Below are positions 1 through 8,214 of a DNA stretch of 32,000 nucleotides, piece after piece (position 1 is the stretch's first letter; each line of letters begins with the position of its first letter). Source of the stretch: Rhodospirillales bacterium (GTDB lineage Bacteria; Pseudomonadota; Alphaproteobacteria; Reyranellales; Reyranellaceae). Under the pieces are notes generated by a model. It had not been told where the DNA came from. It saw nothing but the letters and a program-made list of their open reading frames with translations, and searched no databases. The stretch is taken from the NCBI GenBank assembly GCA_947466085.1, contig CANIEC010000036.1, forward strand, positions 1 to 32,000. The letters run 5' to 3'. The translations under genes were made by a program, and so were the position numbers.

Positions 1-927
1 AAATGGGGTCTCGTCGCCAAGATCGACAGTTCGGAAGCGTTCGAGCCGGTGTACCGCCTGGAACGCGACCTGTTGATCGTAGGGGCGATCGCCTTCCTCG
101 TGGTGGTGGTGACCGGAGCCTGGCTCTCGCGCTCGCTCCTCGGGCCGTTGCGCGAACTCACCGCGGGCGTGCGCCGTTTCGCGGCGGGCGACCACGATGC
201 GCACGTGCCGGTGCGGACGCGCGACGAGATCGGCCAGCTTTGTCTCGCCTTCAACGGCATGATCGACGACATCAACCAGAAGAACGTCGTCATCGAGACC
301 AAGAACCGCGAGAACGAGGAACTGCTGCTCAACGTGCTGCCGGCGCCGATCGCCAATCGCCTGCGCGGGGGAGAGAAAGGCATTGCCGACGGCTTTGCAG
401 AGGTCACGGTGGCCTTCGCCGACCTCGTGGGATTCACCGCCCTGTCGTCGGAGATGCCGCCGGCCGAGGTGGTCACTCTGCTCAACGGTCTGTTCACGCG
501 CTTCGACGTCGCCGCGCAGGAACTCGGCATCGAGAAGATCAAGACGGTGGGCGATGCCTACATGGCGGTGTGCGGTCTGCCGATTCCGGTGCCCAACCAT
601 GCCGAGCGGATGGTGCGCATGGCCATCCGCATGGTGCACATCACGCGCGAGCACGCGATGGAGCATGGCGTGTCGATGAAGCTGCGCGTCGGAATCAACA
701 GCGGGCCGGTCGTGGCCGGCGTCATCGGCAGGAGCAAGTACATCTACGACCTGTGGGGCGACACGGTGAACCTGGCGAGCCGCATGGAATCCGGAGGGAT
801 TCCCGACTCGGTGCAGGTCACGCGCCCGGTCTACGAGAAGCTCAAGGACCAGTTCGTCTTCGAGGCGCGCGGCGAGATCGAGGTCAAGGGCAAGGGCAAC
901 GTCGAGGCCTGGGTCTTGCGCCTCTGA
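1..927 (+). CDS. Class III adenylate/guanylate cyclase with TM segment and HAMP-like linker; 5' end lies outside the window
   Basis: Frame 1 is open from nt 1 (KWGLVAKIDSSEAFEP precedes the listed GTG at 49). Hydrophobic LLIVGAIAFLVVVVTGAWL. Cyclase motifs VAFADLVGFT, KTVGDAYMAV, GINSGPVVAGVIG, YDLWGDTVNLASRMES. TGA at 925-927. Confidence 0.9.
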   Translation, partial: KWGLVAKIDSSEAFEPVYRLERDLLIVGAIAFLVVVVTGAWLSRSLLGPLRELTAGVRRFAAGDHDAHVPVRTRDEIGQLCLAFNGMIDDINQKNVVIETKNRENEELLLNVLPAPIANRLRGGEKGIADGFAEVTVAFADLVGFTALSSEMPPAEVVTLLNGLFTRFDVAAQELGIEKIKTVGDAYMAVCGLPIPVPNHAERMVRMAIRMVHITREHAMEHGVSMKLRVGINSGPVVAGVIGRSKYIYDLWGDTVNLASRMESGGIPDSVQVTRPVYEKLKDQFVFEARGEIEVKGKGNVEAWVLRL

Positions 928-928
928 C

Positions 929-948
929 GCTTCAGCCGAGGCTGAAGC
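929..948. terminator. Hairpin GCTTCAGC-CGAG-GCTGAAGC at the junction of two convergent genes
   Basis: Perfect 8-bp inverted repeat with 4-nt loop read directly. It starts 2 nt after the cyclase stop and overlaps the last codons of the MarC-family gene. There is no U-tract, so terminator function is only inferred. Confidence 0.3.
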
Positions 949-1561
949 TCAGCTTGGTCGCGATCACCAGGCCGGTGACGGCGATGCTGCACAGGATGAG
1001 GCCGAACACGCGGGTCACGATCTCGATGCCTGCCTTTCCGAGCAGGCGGAACAAGGTGCCCGCGAGGGCGTAGACGGCGAAGAGCAGGCAGAGGCAGAGC
1101 GCCAGGATCGCCGTCGTTATCACCTGTTCGCCGATCGAGCGCACGTTGTTGTCGGTCAGCAGCACGACGGTGAGGATCGCGCCGGCGCCGGCGATGCCGG
1201 GAATGGCCAGAGGAAAGATCGCCCGCTGGAGCGGCGTCGCATCGGCAGGGACGTCCATGGCCTCCTCGGATACCTTGCCGAGCGCCATCTTGAGCCCGAA
1301 GAGCAGGAGGATGAGAGACCCCGCAAGCTGGAACGAGGACATGGGTATGTGGAGCGCCGACAGAAGCGTGCGCCCCAGCACGATGAAGAACAGCAGGATC
1401 AGGAACGCGACGCCCAAAGCGTAGGCCGCGACCAGCAGCGACTTCCGCCGGTCGAGGCCGGCCGTGACCATGAGGAAGATGGGCACGGTGGCGAACGGAT
1501 CGAGGATCACGAACAGGGTGACGAACTCGTAGAAGAAGTCGTGGAGAAATACCGTGCCCAA
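932..1561 (-). CDS. MarC family (UPF0056) integral membrane protein
   Basis: 209 aa with about 6 hydrophobic helices. N-terminal FVILDPFATVPIFL and central AIFPLAIPGIAGAGAI are typical MarC/NAAT-family signatures. Confidence 0.8.
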   Translation of the reverse strand: MGTVFLHDFFYEFVTLFVILDPFATVPIFLMVTAGLDRRKSLLVAAYALGVAFLILLFFIVLGRTLLSALHIPMSSFQLAGSLILLLFGLKMALGKVSEEAMDVPADATPLQRAIFPLAIPGIAGAGAILTVVLLTDNNVRSIGEQVITTAILALCLCLLFAVYALAGTLFRLLGKAGIEIVTRVFGLILCSIAVTGLVIATKLSFSLG

Positions 1562-1657
1562 GCGAGGGTTCCCTGGCTATTGTTTCCCTCGGGAAGAGTG
1601 CCGGACATGGTCGCCGACGTAAACAGACCGCTCGCTCGGCCGAAGCATGTCGTCTGC

Positions 1658-2110
1658 CTAAGACGCAGTTGACCTGTCTTCAACAGGCCGATGGGCATCG
1701 CTTGACGCTTCGCTCGTGACAGAGGCCGGCACGGCGGCGCGGATGGATGGCAAGTCCAGCCATTGCAGCGCCTTGTCCGGATCGGAGAATATGCGCATGG
1801 GCCGCTTGGCGGCCGCAAGCATGCCGAGCGCGCGCGCGACCAGGTAATACTTGTTGGCGGGTAACACGACGGCGAGCGGGCCCATCATGCCGGTGGCGTG
1901 GATCGATCGCATGCGCACGCCCAGGCTGATGAATTCGACAGGGCTCATTTGCGTGTCGCCCTGGCTTCCATCGAACAACTTCCGGTAGCCGTGAGCCTGT
2001 GCGCCGCCCATCGCGTCGAGCATGCGGTTTAGATCGACCAGGGTGATATCGCCGTCGGCCCGGGCTGCGAACAGCTTGAGCTGTGAATCGATGGTCCAGT
2101 GCAGGGGCAT
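1658..2110 (-). CDS. Hypothetical protein, paralog of 18712-19089 (possible STAS/SpoIIAA-like fold)
   Basis: ATG at 2110, GC3-rich codons. A gapless alignment to the 125-aa product of 18712-19089 gives 43/119 identities (MPxxWTI, YRKxFD, LGxRxR, GPLA, RPxxIF, KAxxWLD). Confidence 0.65.
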   Translation of the reverse strand: MPLHWTIDSQLKLFAARADGDITLVDLNRMLDAMGGAQAHGYRKLFDGSQGDTQMSPVEFISLGVRMRSIHATGMMGPLAVVLPANKYYLVARALGMLAAAKRPMRIFSDPDKALQWLDLPSIRAAVPASVTSEASSDAHRPVEDRSTAS

Positions 2111-2505
2111 GGCCGGCAGGTCCGCGGCTGTAGGGGAAAATCAGGGAGGGAGGGCGTCGACCTGCTCGAGGCGTGCTTCCGCCGGGAGGCAATGCGCGAA
2201 AGCGGGCGCCGGCTTTCTCCAGCGCCCGTGTCGTCTGCGGCGCGCGATCAACCCGGGTGATCGCCTCCGGTGCCGGGCTGGCGTCGTTTCAGCCTTCGTC
2301 ATCCAAATCACTTCCCAATGGCTGCGCATGCGCTCCATCGGGGCTCCCCTTCGACGGGCGACACGCGCCGGAAGCTCCGAAGTAAACAAATTGCATCGAA
2401 AATGATGAAAAATCCAGCCAATACTGCGGCAGTCCGGGCGCGCGCGATCTTCGCCCGATGCGCGTCGTTTGCCGGGTACTGTCATCCACGGTATCAAACG
2501 TCGTC

Positions 2506-3858
2506 ATGAACCAGGTAACGACCACTGGCAACGCGACCCTGATCGTCTATGACGGCAAGCCGCTGCTCGCCGCCGATCCGTGGTTCGGCGACGAGGATCC
2601 CGCCTATTTCGGCAGCTGGGTGCTCAGCCATCGCATTCCCAGGGCGCTCAAGGACGACATCCTGAAGTGCGAGTACATCTGGTTTTCGCACGGCCATCCG
2701 GATCACCTGAATCCGGTGACGATCGAACGCTTCAAGGGTCAGAAGATCCTGCTGCCCGATCACGTGAACGGTCGCATCCTGAAGGACCTGCAGCCTGGCG
2801 GCTACGATCTCACCGTGCTGCCCGATCGCAAGTGGGTGCAGCTCACCGACAAGGTGAAGGTCCAGTGCATCACCACCCGCATCCAGGATTCGATCCTGCT
2901 GATCGACTCGTGCGGCAGTCTCTTCATCAACACCAACGATGCCGGCACGCGCGACTGCACGCGCTATATCCGCAGCATCGCCTCGCGCTACGAACGCTCC
3001 TACCTGCTCGCCCTGTCGGGCTACGGCGACGCCGACATGATCAACTTCTTCGACGAGCAGGGAAATTTCCTGACGCCGCGCGCCGCGCGCAAACCGTCGG
3101 TCGGGGGGCAGCTCACCAATCTCGCCAGGGCTGCCGGCGCCAGGACGGTGATCCCCTTCTCGGCCTTCCACCAGTATCAGCGCACGGACTCGATGTGGGC
3201 GGAGGCCTACACCACGCCGATGGAGGCCTTCGAGAAGGGCCTGTCGCCGGACGTGGGATTCATCCCCGCCTTCTCGACGGTCGATTGCCGTGATGGCTCG
3301 TGGACGACCCATGCTCCGGAGGCGATCACCGTCGTTCCCAAGGCGCCGGAGGAGTTCGGCGACAACTGGTCCGACGTGCTGGAGGCCGCGGACATCAAGA
3401 AGATCGAGGCCTATTTCGCGCGCAAGGATCCCGTGCAGGACTATTTCGGGTTCGTCAATTTTCGCGTCGGCGGGCGCGATCACGCGATCAGGATGCGCGG
3501 GCCCAAGGAGCGCGGCATCAGCTTCGCCGTGCCGCGCGGCAGCCTGATGACCTGCATCGACTATCGCATCTTCGACGACCTTCTGATCGGCAACTACATG
3601 AAGACCACCCTGCATGGCGGCGTGCGCTCGCTGCAGGAAGGCGGCTTTAACTATTACGTGGCAAAGTACGGCGACAACGGGCAGGCCGAGACCGATGCCG
3701 AGCTGCGGGCCTATCTGGCCGAATACCGCCGCCGGGCAGGCTTCGACTACATCGTGAGCGCACTCGAGGACAAGTCGCGCGACTTCGTCATGCGCTTCGC
3801 CGCGCAGGACTCCCGGCTCTACAAGCTCGCCAAGTCGATCTACGTGAAGATGCGCTGA
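2506..3858 (+). CDS. MBL-fold metallo-hydrolase domain protein with uncharacterised C-terminal half (about 200 aa)
   Basis: ATG at 2506 (MNQVTTTGNATLIVYDGKPLL) is preferred over the listed upstream start. It has an HxHxDH motif (FSHGHPDHLNP) and later NTNDAG. I do not recognise the C-terminal half. Confidence 0.8.
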   Translation: MNQVTTTGNATLIVYDGKPLLAADPWFGDEDPAYFGSWVLSHRIPRALKDDILKCEYIWFSHGHPDHLNPVTIERFKGQKILLPDHVNGRILKDLQPGGYDLTVLPDRKWVQLTDKVKVQCITTRIQDSILLIDSCGSLFINTNDAGTRDCTRYIRSIASRYERSYLLALSGYGDADMINFFDEQGNFLTPRAARKPSVGGQLTNLARAAGARTVIPFSAFHQYQRTDSMWAEAYTTPMEAFEKGLSPDVGFIPAFSTVDCRDGSWTTHAPEAITVVPKAPEEFGDNWSDVLEAADIKKIEAYFARKDPVQDYFGFVNFRVGGRDHAIRMRGPKERGISFAVPRGSLMTCIDYRIFDDLLIGNYMKTTLHGGVRSLQEGGFNYYVAKYGDNGQAETDAELRAYLAEYRRRAGFDYIVSALEDKSRDFVMRFAAQDSRLYKLAKSIYVKMR

Positions 3859-3880
3859 GGCCAATCCACCTCACCCTGAG

Positions 3881-4109
3881 AGGCTGGCCGGAAATGAATT
3901 GAATCGATTCAAGCACTTACCTCATCCTGAGGAGCCGCGCCTTGCGCGGCGTCTCGAAGGATGGGCAACAGGCAGGGCGCGCGTTCCCACCCTTCGAGAC
4001 GCATCGTGGAGTTTACCCCGAGGTACTCGAGGGGCGATGCTCCTCAGGGTGAGGCTATCGGGGCTATTCATAGCCTGTTGTTTTAGCTGCATTCATTTCC
4101 GGCCAGACT
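3881..4109. mobile_element. MITE-like non-coding element: 19-bp terminal inverted repeats flanked by a 5-bp direct repeat CTGAG
   Basis: Left end is AGGCTGGCCGGAAATGAAT (3881-3899). The reverse complement of the right end (4091-4109) is AGTCTGGCCGGAAATGAAT, an 18/19 match. CTGAG occurs at 3876-3880 and 4110-4114. Deleting 3881-4114 restores a REP arm CCTCACCCTGAGGAGC. Confidence 0.5.
3920..4054. repeat. REP-like nested palindromic unit, copy 1 (inside the MITE-like element)
   Basis: Outer arms CCTCATCCTGAGGAGC and GCTCCTCAGGGTGAGG are reverse complements. Inner arms are CGTCTCGAAGGATGGG and CCCACCCTTCGAGACG. It resembles REP families common in GC-rich alphaproteobacteria. Confidence 0.7.
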
Positions 4110-4214
4110 CTGAGGAGCCGCGCAGAGCGCGGCGTCTCGAAGGGTGGGGAACAGGCGCGGTGCTCGTGCCCATGCTTCGAGACGCGCTCTTGCAGAGCGC
4201 TCCTCAGCATGAGG
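4110..4214. repeat. REP-like nested palindromic unit, copy 2 (tip of its left arm displaced to 3869-3880)
   Basis: Reads CTGAGGAGCCGCGCAGAGCGCGGCGTCTCGAAGGGTGGGG ... GCTTCGAGACGCGCTCTTGCAGAGCGCTCCTCAGCATGAGG. It contains three nested hairpins and shares arms and core with copy 1. Confidence 0.7.
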
Positions 4215-4248
4215 TTGGTGTTGGGCGTTCGATCGTGCCCGGAAGACC

Positions 4249-4968
4249 TTAGAGGATCTGCACGGCCGACTGCTGGTTGGCGAAGGCCAGATACCTGTAC
4301 TTGAGGCCGCGCGCCTCGACGAATTCCCTGAACGCCTTGAACTCGCCGTTCTCCCAGTTGGGGAAGGCGATGTAGTCGTCGAACACGATGACGGTGCCGG
4401 CGCCGATGCGGTCGGCCAGCAGGTCGAGGACCAGCCGGGTCGAGGGATAGGTATCGCAATCGATGTGCAGGAAAGAGCACGGCCCCTTGTGGCTCTCGAG
4501 GAAGCCGGGGAGGGTGGCATCGAACCAGCCCACGACCAGCTCGACATTGGGTTCGAGCTCGGTCGGTTTGCTGACCTGGTAGGCGCCGGCCGGTGCCTCG
4601 GTGCCCGGCCAGTCCTCCTTCAGCCCCTCGAAGCTGTCGAAGCCGTAGACCTTGATGTTGCCGCGCGCCACGCGGCGGGCGAAATGGTTGGTCGAGGCGG
4701 CGGTCATGACACCGAACTCGAGATAGAGCCCGTCGCGCGGCGCCTTCGAGATCGCGAAATCCCACAGCAGCTCGCGCGCCGAAAACATCAGCGCCACGTC
4801 GAGATGCTTCTCGACATAGTCGGCGGCGCGCTGGGCGGCCCGGTCCGAAATGATCTTGTAGACGCTGTCGGCGCGCAGGTGGGAGGTGCTGACCCGCGGG
4901 CTGAGCCACAGGATCGGATCGATCACCAGTTTATACACGGCGTCACGCGCCGCTCGCTTCAGGGACAT
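4249..4968 (-). CDS. Class I SAM-dependent methyltransferase, TylF/Methyltransf_24-like
   Basis: ATG at 4968 (MSLKRAARD). Motifs LYLEFGVMTAAST, FLHIDCDTYPSTRLVLD, GTVIVFDDY. The listed longer ORF (to 5142) runs through a tRNA fragment and was trimmed. Confidence 0.8.
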   Translation of the reverse strand: MSLKRAARDAVYKLVIDPILWLSPRVSTSHLRADSVYKIISDRAAQRAADYVEKHLDVALMFSARELLWDFAISKAPRDGLYLEFGVMTAASTNHFARRVARGNIKVYGFDSFEGLKEDWPGTEAPAGAYQVSKPTELEPNVELVVGWFDATLPGFLESHKGPCSFLHIDCDTYPSTRLVLDLLADRIGAGTVIVFDDYIAFPNWENGEFKAFREFVEARGLKYRYLAFANQQSAVQIL

Positions 4969-5031
4969 GACCGGAACCTGACACTTCCCCTTTAGGGCGT
5001 CCAGCCTGGGCGCAGCGCCCCTAAAGGGAAC

Positions 5032-5077
5032 GGCGGACCCGGCGAGAGTCGAACTCACGACCTCTGCCTTCGGAGGG
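5032..5077 (-). repeat. 46-nt copy of the 3' part of tRNA-Arg(CCG), anticodon loop to CC end; att-like direct repeat / tRNA fragment
   Basis: GGCGGACCCGGCGAGAgTCGAACTCACGACCTCTGCCTTCGGAGGG matches 7513-7558 at 45/46 positions in the same orientation. The 5' half of the tRNA is absent. Confidence 0.85.
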
Positions 5078-5244
5078 GACGGTGCCCCGTCAGCCGGATT
5101 GCCGGCCGGTTGGCCGTCGTCGCTTTCGAACGGCGGCTCCACGGCTCGAGGGCCTGGTACACACCTCTGGCCAACCGCGGCCGCGATGCTTTAACAATCC
5201 TGGCGAACCACTCAGGAAATCACATCTCGGGGGAATCTTCGCTC

Positions 5245-6030
5245 ATGCAACTCGACAAGACAGTGGCCGCGGTCGTTACGGGCGGCGCGTCTGGCCTCGG
5301 CGCCGCCACCTCGCGCATGCTTGCCTCGCACGGCGTGAAGGTCGCAATCTTCGACCTCAACGAGGAACAGGGCGAGACGCTCGCCAGGGAAATCGGCGGC
5401 GTCTTCTGCAAGGTCAACGTGACGTCGACCGAAGAGGTCGAGGCCGGGTTCGCGAAGGCGCGGGCGGCCAACGGGCAGGAGCGCATTCTGGTGAACTGCG
5501 CCGGTGTCGGCGGCGGTGCCCAGAAGACCGCATCGCTCGACAGGACGACCGGTGCTCCCAAGGAATATCCGCTGGAGAACTTCGAGCGCATCATCAACGT
5601 CAATCTCATCGGCACGTTTCGCTGCATCACCAAGTCGGCAGCGGGCATGCTGACGCTTGCACCGCAGCCCGACGGGGATCGTGGCGTGATCCTCAACACC
5701 GCATCGGTCGCGGCCGAGGACGGCCAGATCGGCCAGGTCGCCTATACGGCCTCGAAAGCCGGCGTCGTCGGCATCACGCTCGTCGTGGCGCGCGACCTCT
5801 CCAATGAGGGAATTCGCTGCAATACGATCCTGCCCGGCATCTTCGACACGCCGCTGCTCGCGCGTGCGCCGGACAACGTCAAGGCCGCGCTGGCCGCCTC
5901 GGTCCCGTTCCCCAAGCGCCTGGGACGCCCCGAGGAATATGCACAGGTCGCCCATACGATGATCACCTGCGGCTACTTCAATGGCGAGGACGTCCGCATT
6001 GACGGCGCCATCCGCATGGCGCCCCGCTGA
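5245..6030 (+). CDS. Short-chain dehydrogenase/reductase, 3-hydroxyacyl-CoA dehydrogenase type-2-like
   Basis: ATG at 5245 (MQLDKTVAAVVTGGASGLG) with GGGGGA upstream. Motifs TGxxxGxG, NCAG, YTASKAGV (YxxxK). Sits 25 nt upstream of a thiolase. Confidence 0.85.
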   Translation: MQLDKTVAAVVTGGASGLGAATSRMLASHGVKVAIFDLNEEQGETLAREIGGVFCKVNVTSTEEVEAGFAKARAANGQERILVNCAGVGGGAQKTASLDRTTGAPKEYPLENFERIINVNLIGTFRCITKSAAGMLTLAPQPDGDRGVILNTASVAAEDGQIGQVAYTASKAGVVGITLVVARDLSNEGIRCNTILPGIFDTPLLARAPDNVKAALAASVPFPKRLGRPEEYAQVAHTMITCGYFNGEDVRIDGAIRMAPR

Positions 6031-6055
6031 ACCGCGACCGGGAAAGGACAGAACA

Positions 6056-7288
6056 ATGACCGAAGCATGGATCATCGATGCCTGCCGCACGCCGCGCGGC
6101 GTCGGCAAGGCGGGCAAGGGCGCGCTGTGGGAGGTTCATCCGCAGCAGCTCGGTGCGACCGTTCTCAAGGCGATCGCCGAACGCAACGGGATCGACACGA
6201 AGGAGATTGGCGATGTGATCTGGGGGACTGCCGCCCAGGTCTCGAAGCAGAGTGGCGATCTCGGCCGCATGTCTGCCCTCGATGCCGGCTATGACGTCAA
6301 GGCGAGCGGCATCACGATCGACCGTTTCTGCGGTTCGGGCATCAGTGCCGTGAGCCTCGCCGCCGCCTGCATCAAGTCGGGCATGGAAGATCTGGTGGTC
6401 GCCGGTGGTACGGAGATGATGTCCATGGACCGCAGCCGCGGCAGCGGGCCGCCGGTCATGGACAACGGCAATCTGCGCCTGCGCCTGCATCATCCCCAGA
6501 CGCACCAGGGCATCTGCGCCGACGCCATCGCCACGCTGGAGAAGATCCCGCGCCAGGCGCTCGACGAGGCGGGCTATATCAGCCAGCAACGCGCGGCGAT
6601 CGCCATCGCCGAGGGCCGCTTCGCCAAGTCCCTGATCCCCGTCTACAAGGAAGACGGCACGCTCGCCCTGGATCGCGAGGAATATCCGCGTCCGCAGACG
6701 ACTCGCGAGGGACTGGCAAATCTCAAGGCCGCCTTCGCGGCGATGGCCGACGTCCCGCTCGACGACAAGGGCATGACCTATCGCTCGCTGATCCTGCAGG
6801 CCTATCCCGACCTCAAGATCGAGCATGTCCATCATGCCGGCAATTCCTCCGGCGTCGTGGACGGCTCGGCCGCCGTGCTGCTCGCGTCGCCCGACTACGC
6901 CAAGGCCCATGGCCTCAAGCCGCGTGCCCGCGTCGTTGCCATGGCGAACATGGGCGACAGCCCCGAGCTGATGCTCAATGCGCCGGTGCCGGCGGCCCGG
7001 AAGGTGCTGGAGAAGGCCGGTCTCAAGACGAGCGACATCGACCTCTGGGAGATCAACGAGGCCTTCGCCGTTGTCTCGGAGAAGTTCGTGCGCGATCTCG
7101 ATCTCGATCGCGACAAGGTCAACGTCAACGGCGGCTCGATCGCGCTCGGCCACCCGATCGGAGCGACCGGCGCCATCCTGATCGGCACCGTCCTCGACGA
7201 GCTCGAGAGGCAGAACAAGCAGTTCGGTCTTGTCACGATGTGCGCCGCCGGCGGCATGGCGCCGGCGATCATCATCGAGCGCATCTGA
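6056..7288 (+). CDS. Acetyl-CoA C-acyltransferase (thiolase)
   Basis: ATG at 6056 preceded by GGAAAGGA. Motifs IIDACRTPRG, DRFCGSG (catalytic Cys), NVNGGSIALGHPIGATG, MCAAGGM. Confidence 0.9.
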   Translation: MTEAWIIDACRTPRGVGKAGKGALWEVHPQQLGATVLKAIAERNGIDTKEIGDVIWGTAAQVSKQSGDLGRMSALDAGYDVKASGITIDRFCGSGISAVSLAAACIKSGMEDLVVAGGTEMMSMDRSRGSGPPVMDNGNLRLRLHHPQTHQGICADAIATLEKIPRQALDEAGYISQQRAAIAIAEGRFAKSLIPVYKEDGTLALDREEYPRPQTTREGLANLKAAFAAMADVPLDDKGMTYRSLILQAYPDLKIEHVHHAGNSSGVVDGSAAVLLASPDYAKAHGLKPRARVVAMANMGDSPELMLNAPVPAARKVLEKAGLKTSDIDLWEINEAFAVVSEKFVRDLDLDRDKVNVNGGSIALGHPIGATGAILIGTVLDELERQNKQFGLVTMCAAGGMAPAIIIERI

Positions 7289-7325
7289 GAAATCCCCAGG
7301 GAGAAGTCCCTCGACGACCTTTGGG

Positions 7326-7350
7326 GGCGACGGGACTTTCCCCCGTCGCC
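7326..7350 (+). terminator. Hairpin GGCGACGGG-ACTTTCC-CCCGTCGCC downstream of the thiolase gene
   Basis: 9-bp GC-rich stem 38 nt after the thiolase stop. There is no U-tract, so terminator function is uncertain. Confidence 0.3.
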
Positions 7351-7511
7351 ATTACCCCGCTCGGCCGAAAACCTGCCTGCGATCGGTGAGTGGCTCGATC
7401 GTGGTCGGCAACGGGAAAAGCATGGGGCACTGCGACGAGGCCGCGTTGGCGACGGCTGTGACCGGCCAAACCGGGGGGGGGCGGGAGAATGTTCGCAGTC
7501 TTCTACGCGAA

Positions 7512-7588
<77 letters not shown>

Positions 7589-7763
7589 AGCGCGGCGGAC
7601 CATACCGGAGGGGCCTCTGCTGCGCAACGCGAGGACTCGAGAGCCGGTATTGGCCATGCCGGGCACTCAAGGTTGAACCCTTCACCCCGACTGATAAGGT
7701 CGCGTTGCAGATGCTGGCCACGCTATTCCCGCCTGGCAGATGAGGTCTTCGGGAGGTCCAATC

Positions 7764-8189
7764 GTGTCCGATCACGCCCTTCGTCACGCCGTCAACATCA
7801 ACGCGGATGCCTCCAGGGTCCACGAAGCCCTCACGACCCTGGAAGGCCTCAGGGGCTGGACCATGGCCGAGGTCTCCGGCGGTGCCGGCGTGGGGAGCCG
7901 ATGGACCCTGAGATATGCCGGCGGGCCGACGTTCGTCTGGGAGGTGGCGTCGCAGGGGGCCGATACCGTCGTCTGGAAATGCGTCGAAGGGCCGGGCGAT
8001 GCCGCCGGCACCAGTGTTTCCTTCAGTCTCGGCCAGACGCCACACGGGCGCGTCCACCTCACCTTCGCCCATTCCGGCTGGCCGCATCAGAAGGGCAACT
8101 TCGAGAAGTGCAACGCCCTCTGGGGCATGATGCTGCATCACCTCAGGGCCTTCGCCGAGCACGGCAGGACCGCGCCGGCCTATTCCTGA
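7764..8189 (+). CDS. SRPBCC-superfamily protein (AHSA1 / activator of Hsp90 ATPase homolog-like ligand-binding fold)
   Basis: GTG at 7764 is preceded by GGGAGG with 7-nt spacing (the alternative ATG at 7740 has no SD). Pattern ...RVHEALTTLEGLRGW...VWKCVEGP...GTSVSFSL...VHLTFAHSGW...ALWGMMLHHLRAFAEHG fits the family. Sits 25 nt upstream of the UbiD-family gene. Confidence 0.7.
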   Translation: MSDHALRHAVNINADASRVHEALTTLEGLRGWTMAEVSGGAGVGSRWTLRYAGGPTFVWEVASQGADTVVWKCVEGPGDAAGTSVSFSLGQTPHGRVHLTFAHSGWPHQKGNFEKCNALWGMMLHHLRAFAEHGRTAPAYS

Positions 8190-8214
8190 TCTTCCTCTTC
8201 ATTCGGGTGAGACA

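Noticed and set aside
3-1073. 356-aa plus-strand ORF overlapping the cyclase in another frame
   Set aside because: Extremely Arg/Gly-rich with no motifs. It reads through the convergent MarC-family gene. The cyclase frame has full class III motifs.
3899-4252. 117-aa ORF (HPEEPRLARRLEGW...) in the spacer after the MBL-fold gene
   Set aside because: It is a translation of the REP-like palindromes. The repeated peptide segments mirror the DNA repeats, and no SD or codon bias supports it.
4969-5142. N-terminal 58-aa extension of the methyltransferase ORF
   Set aside because: The extension reads through the tRNA-Arg fragment and an upstream hairpin. The methyltransferase fold starts after the internal ATG at 4968.
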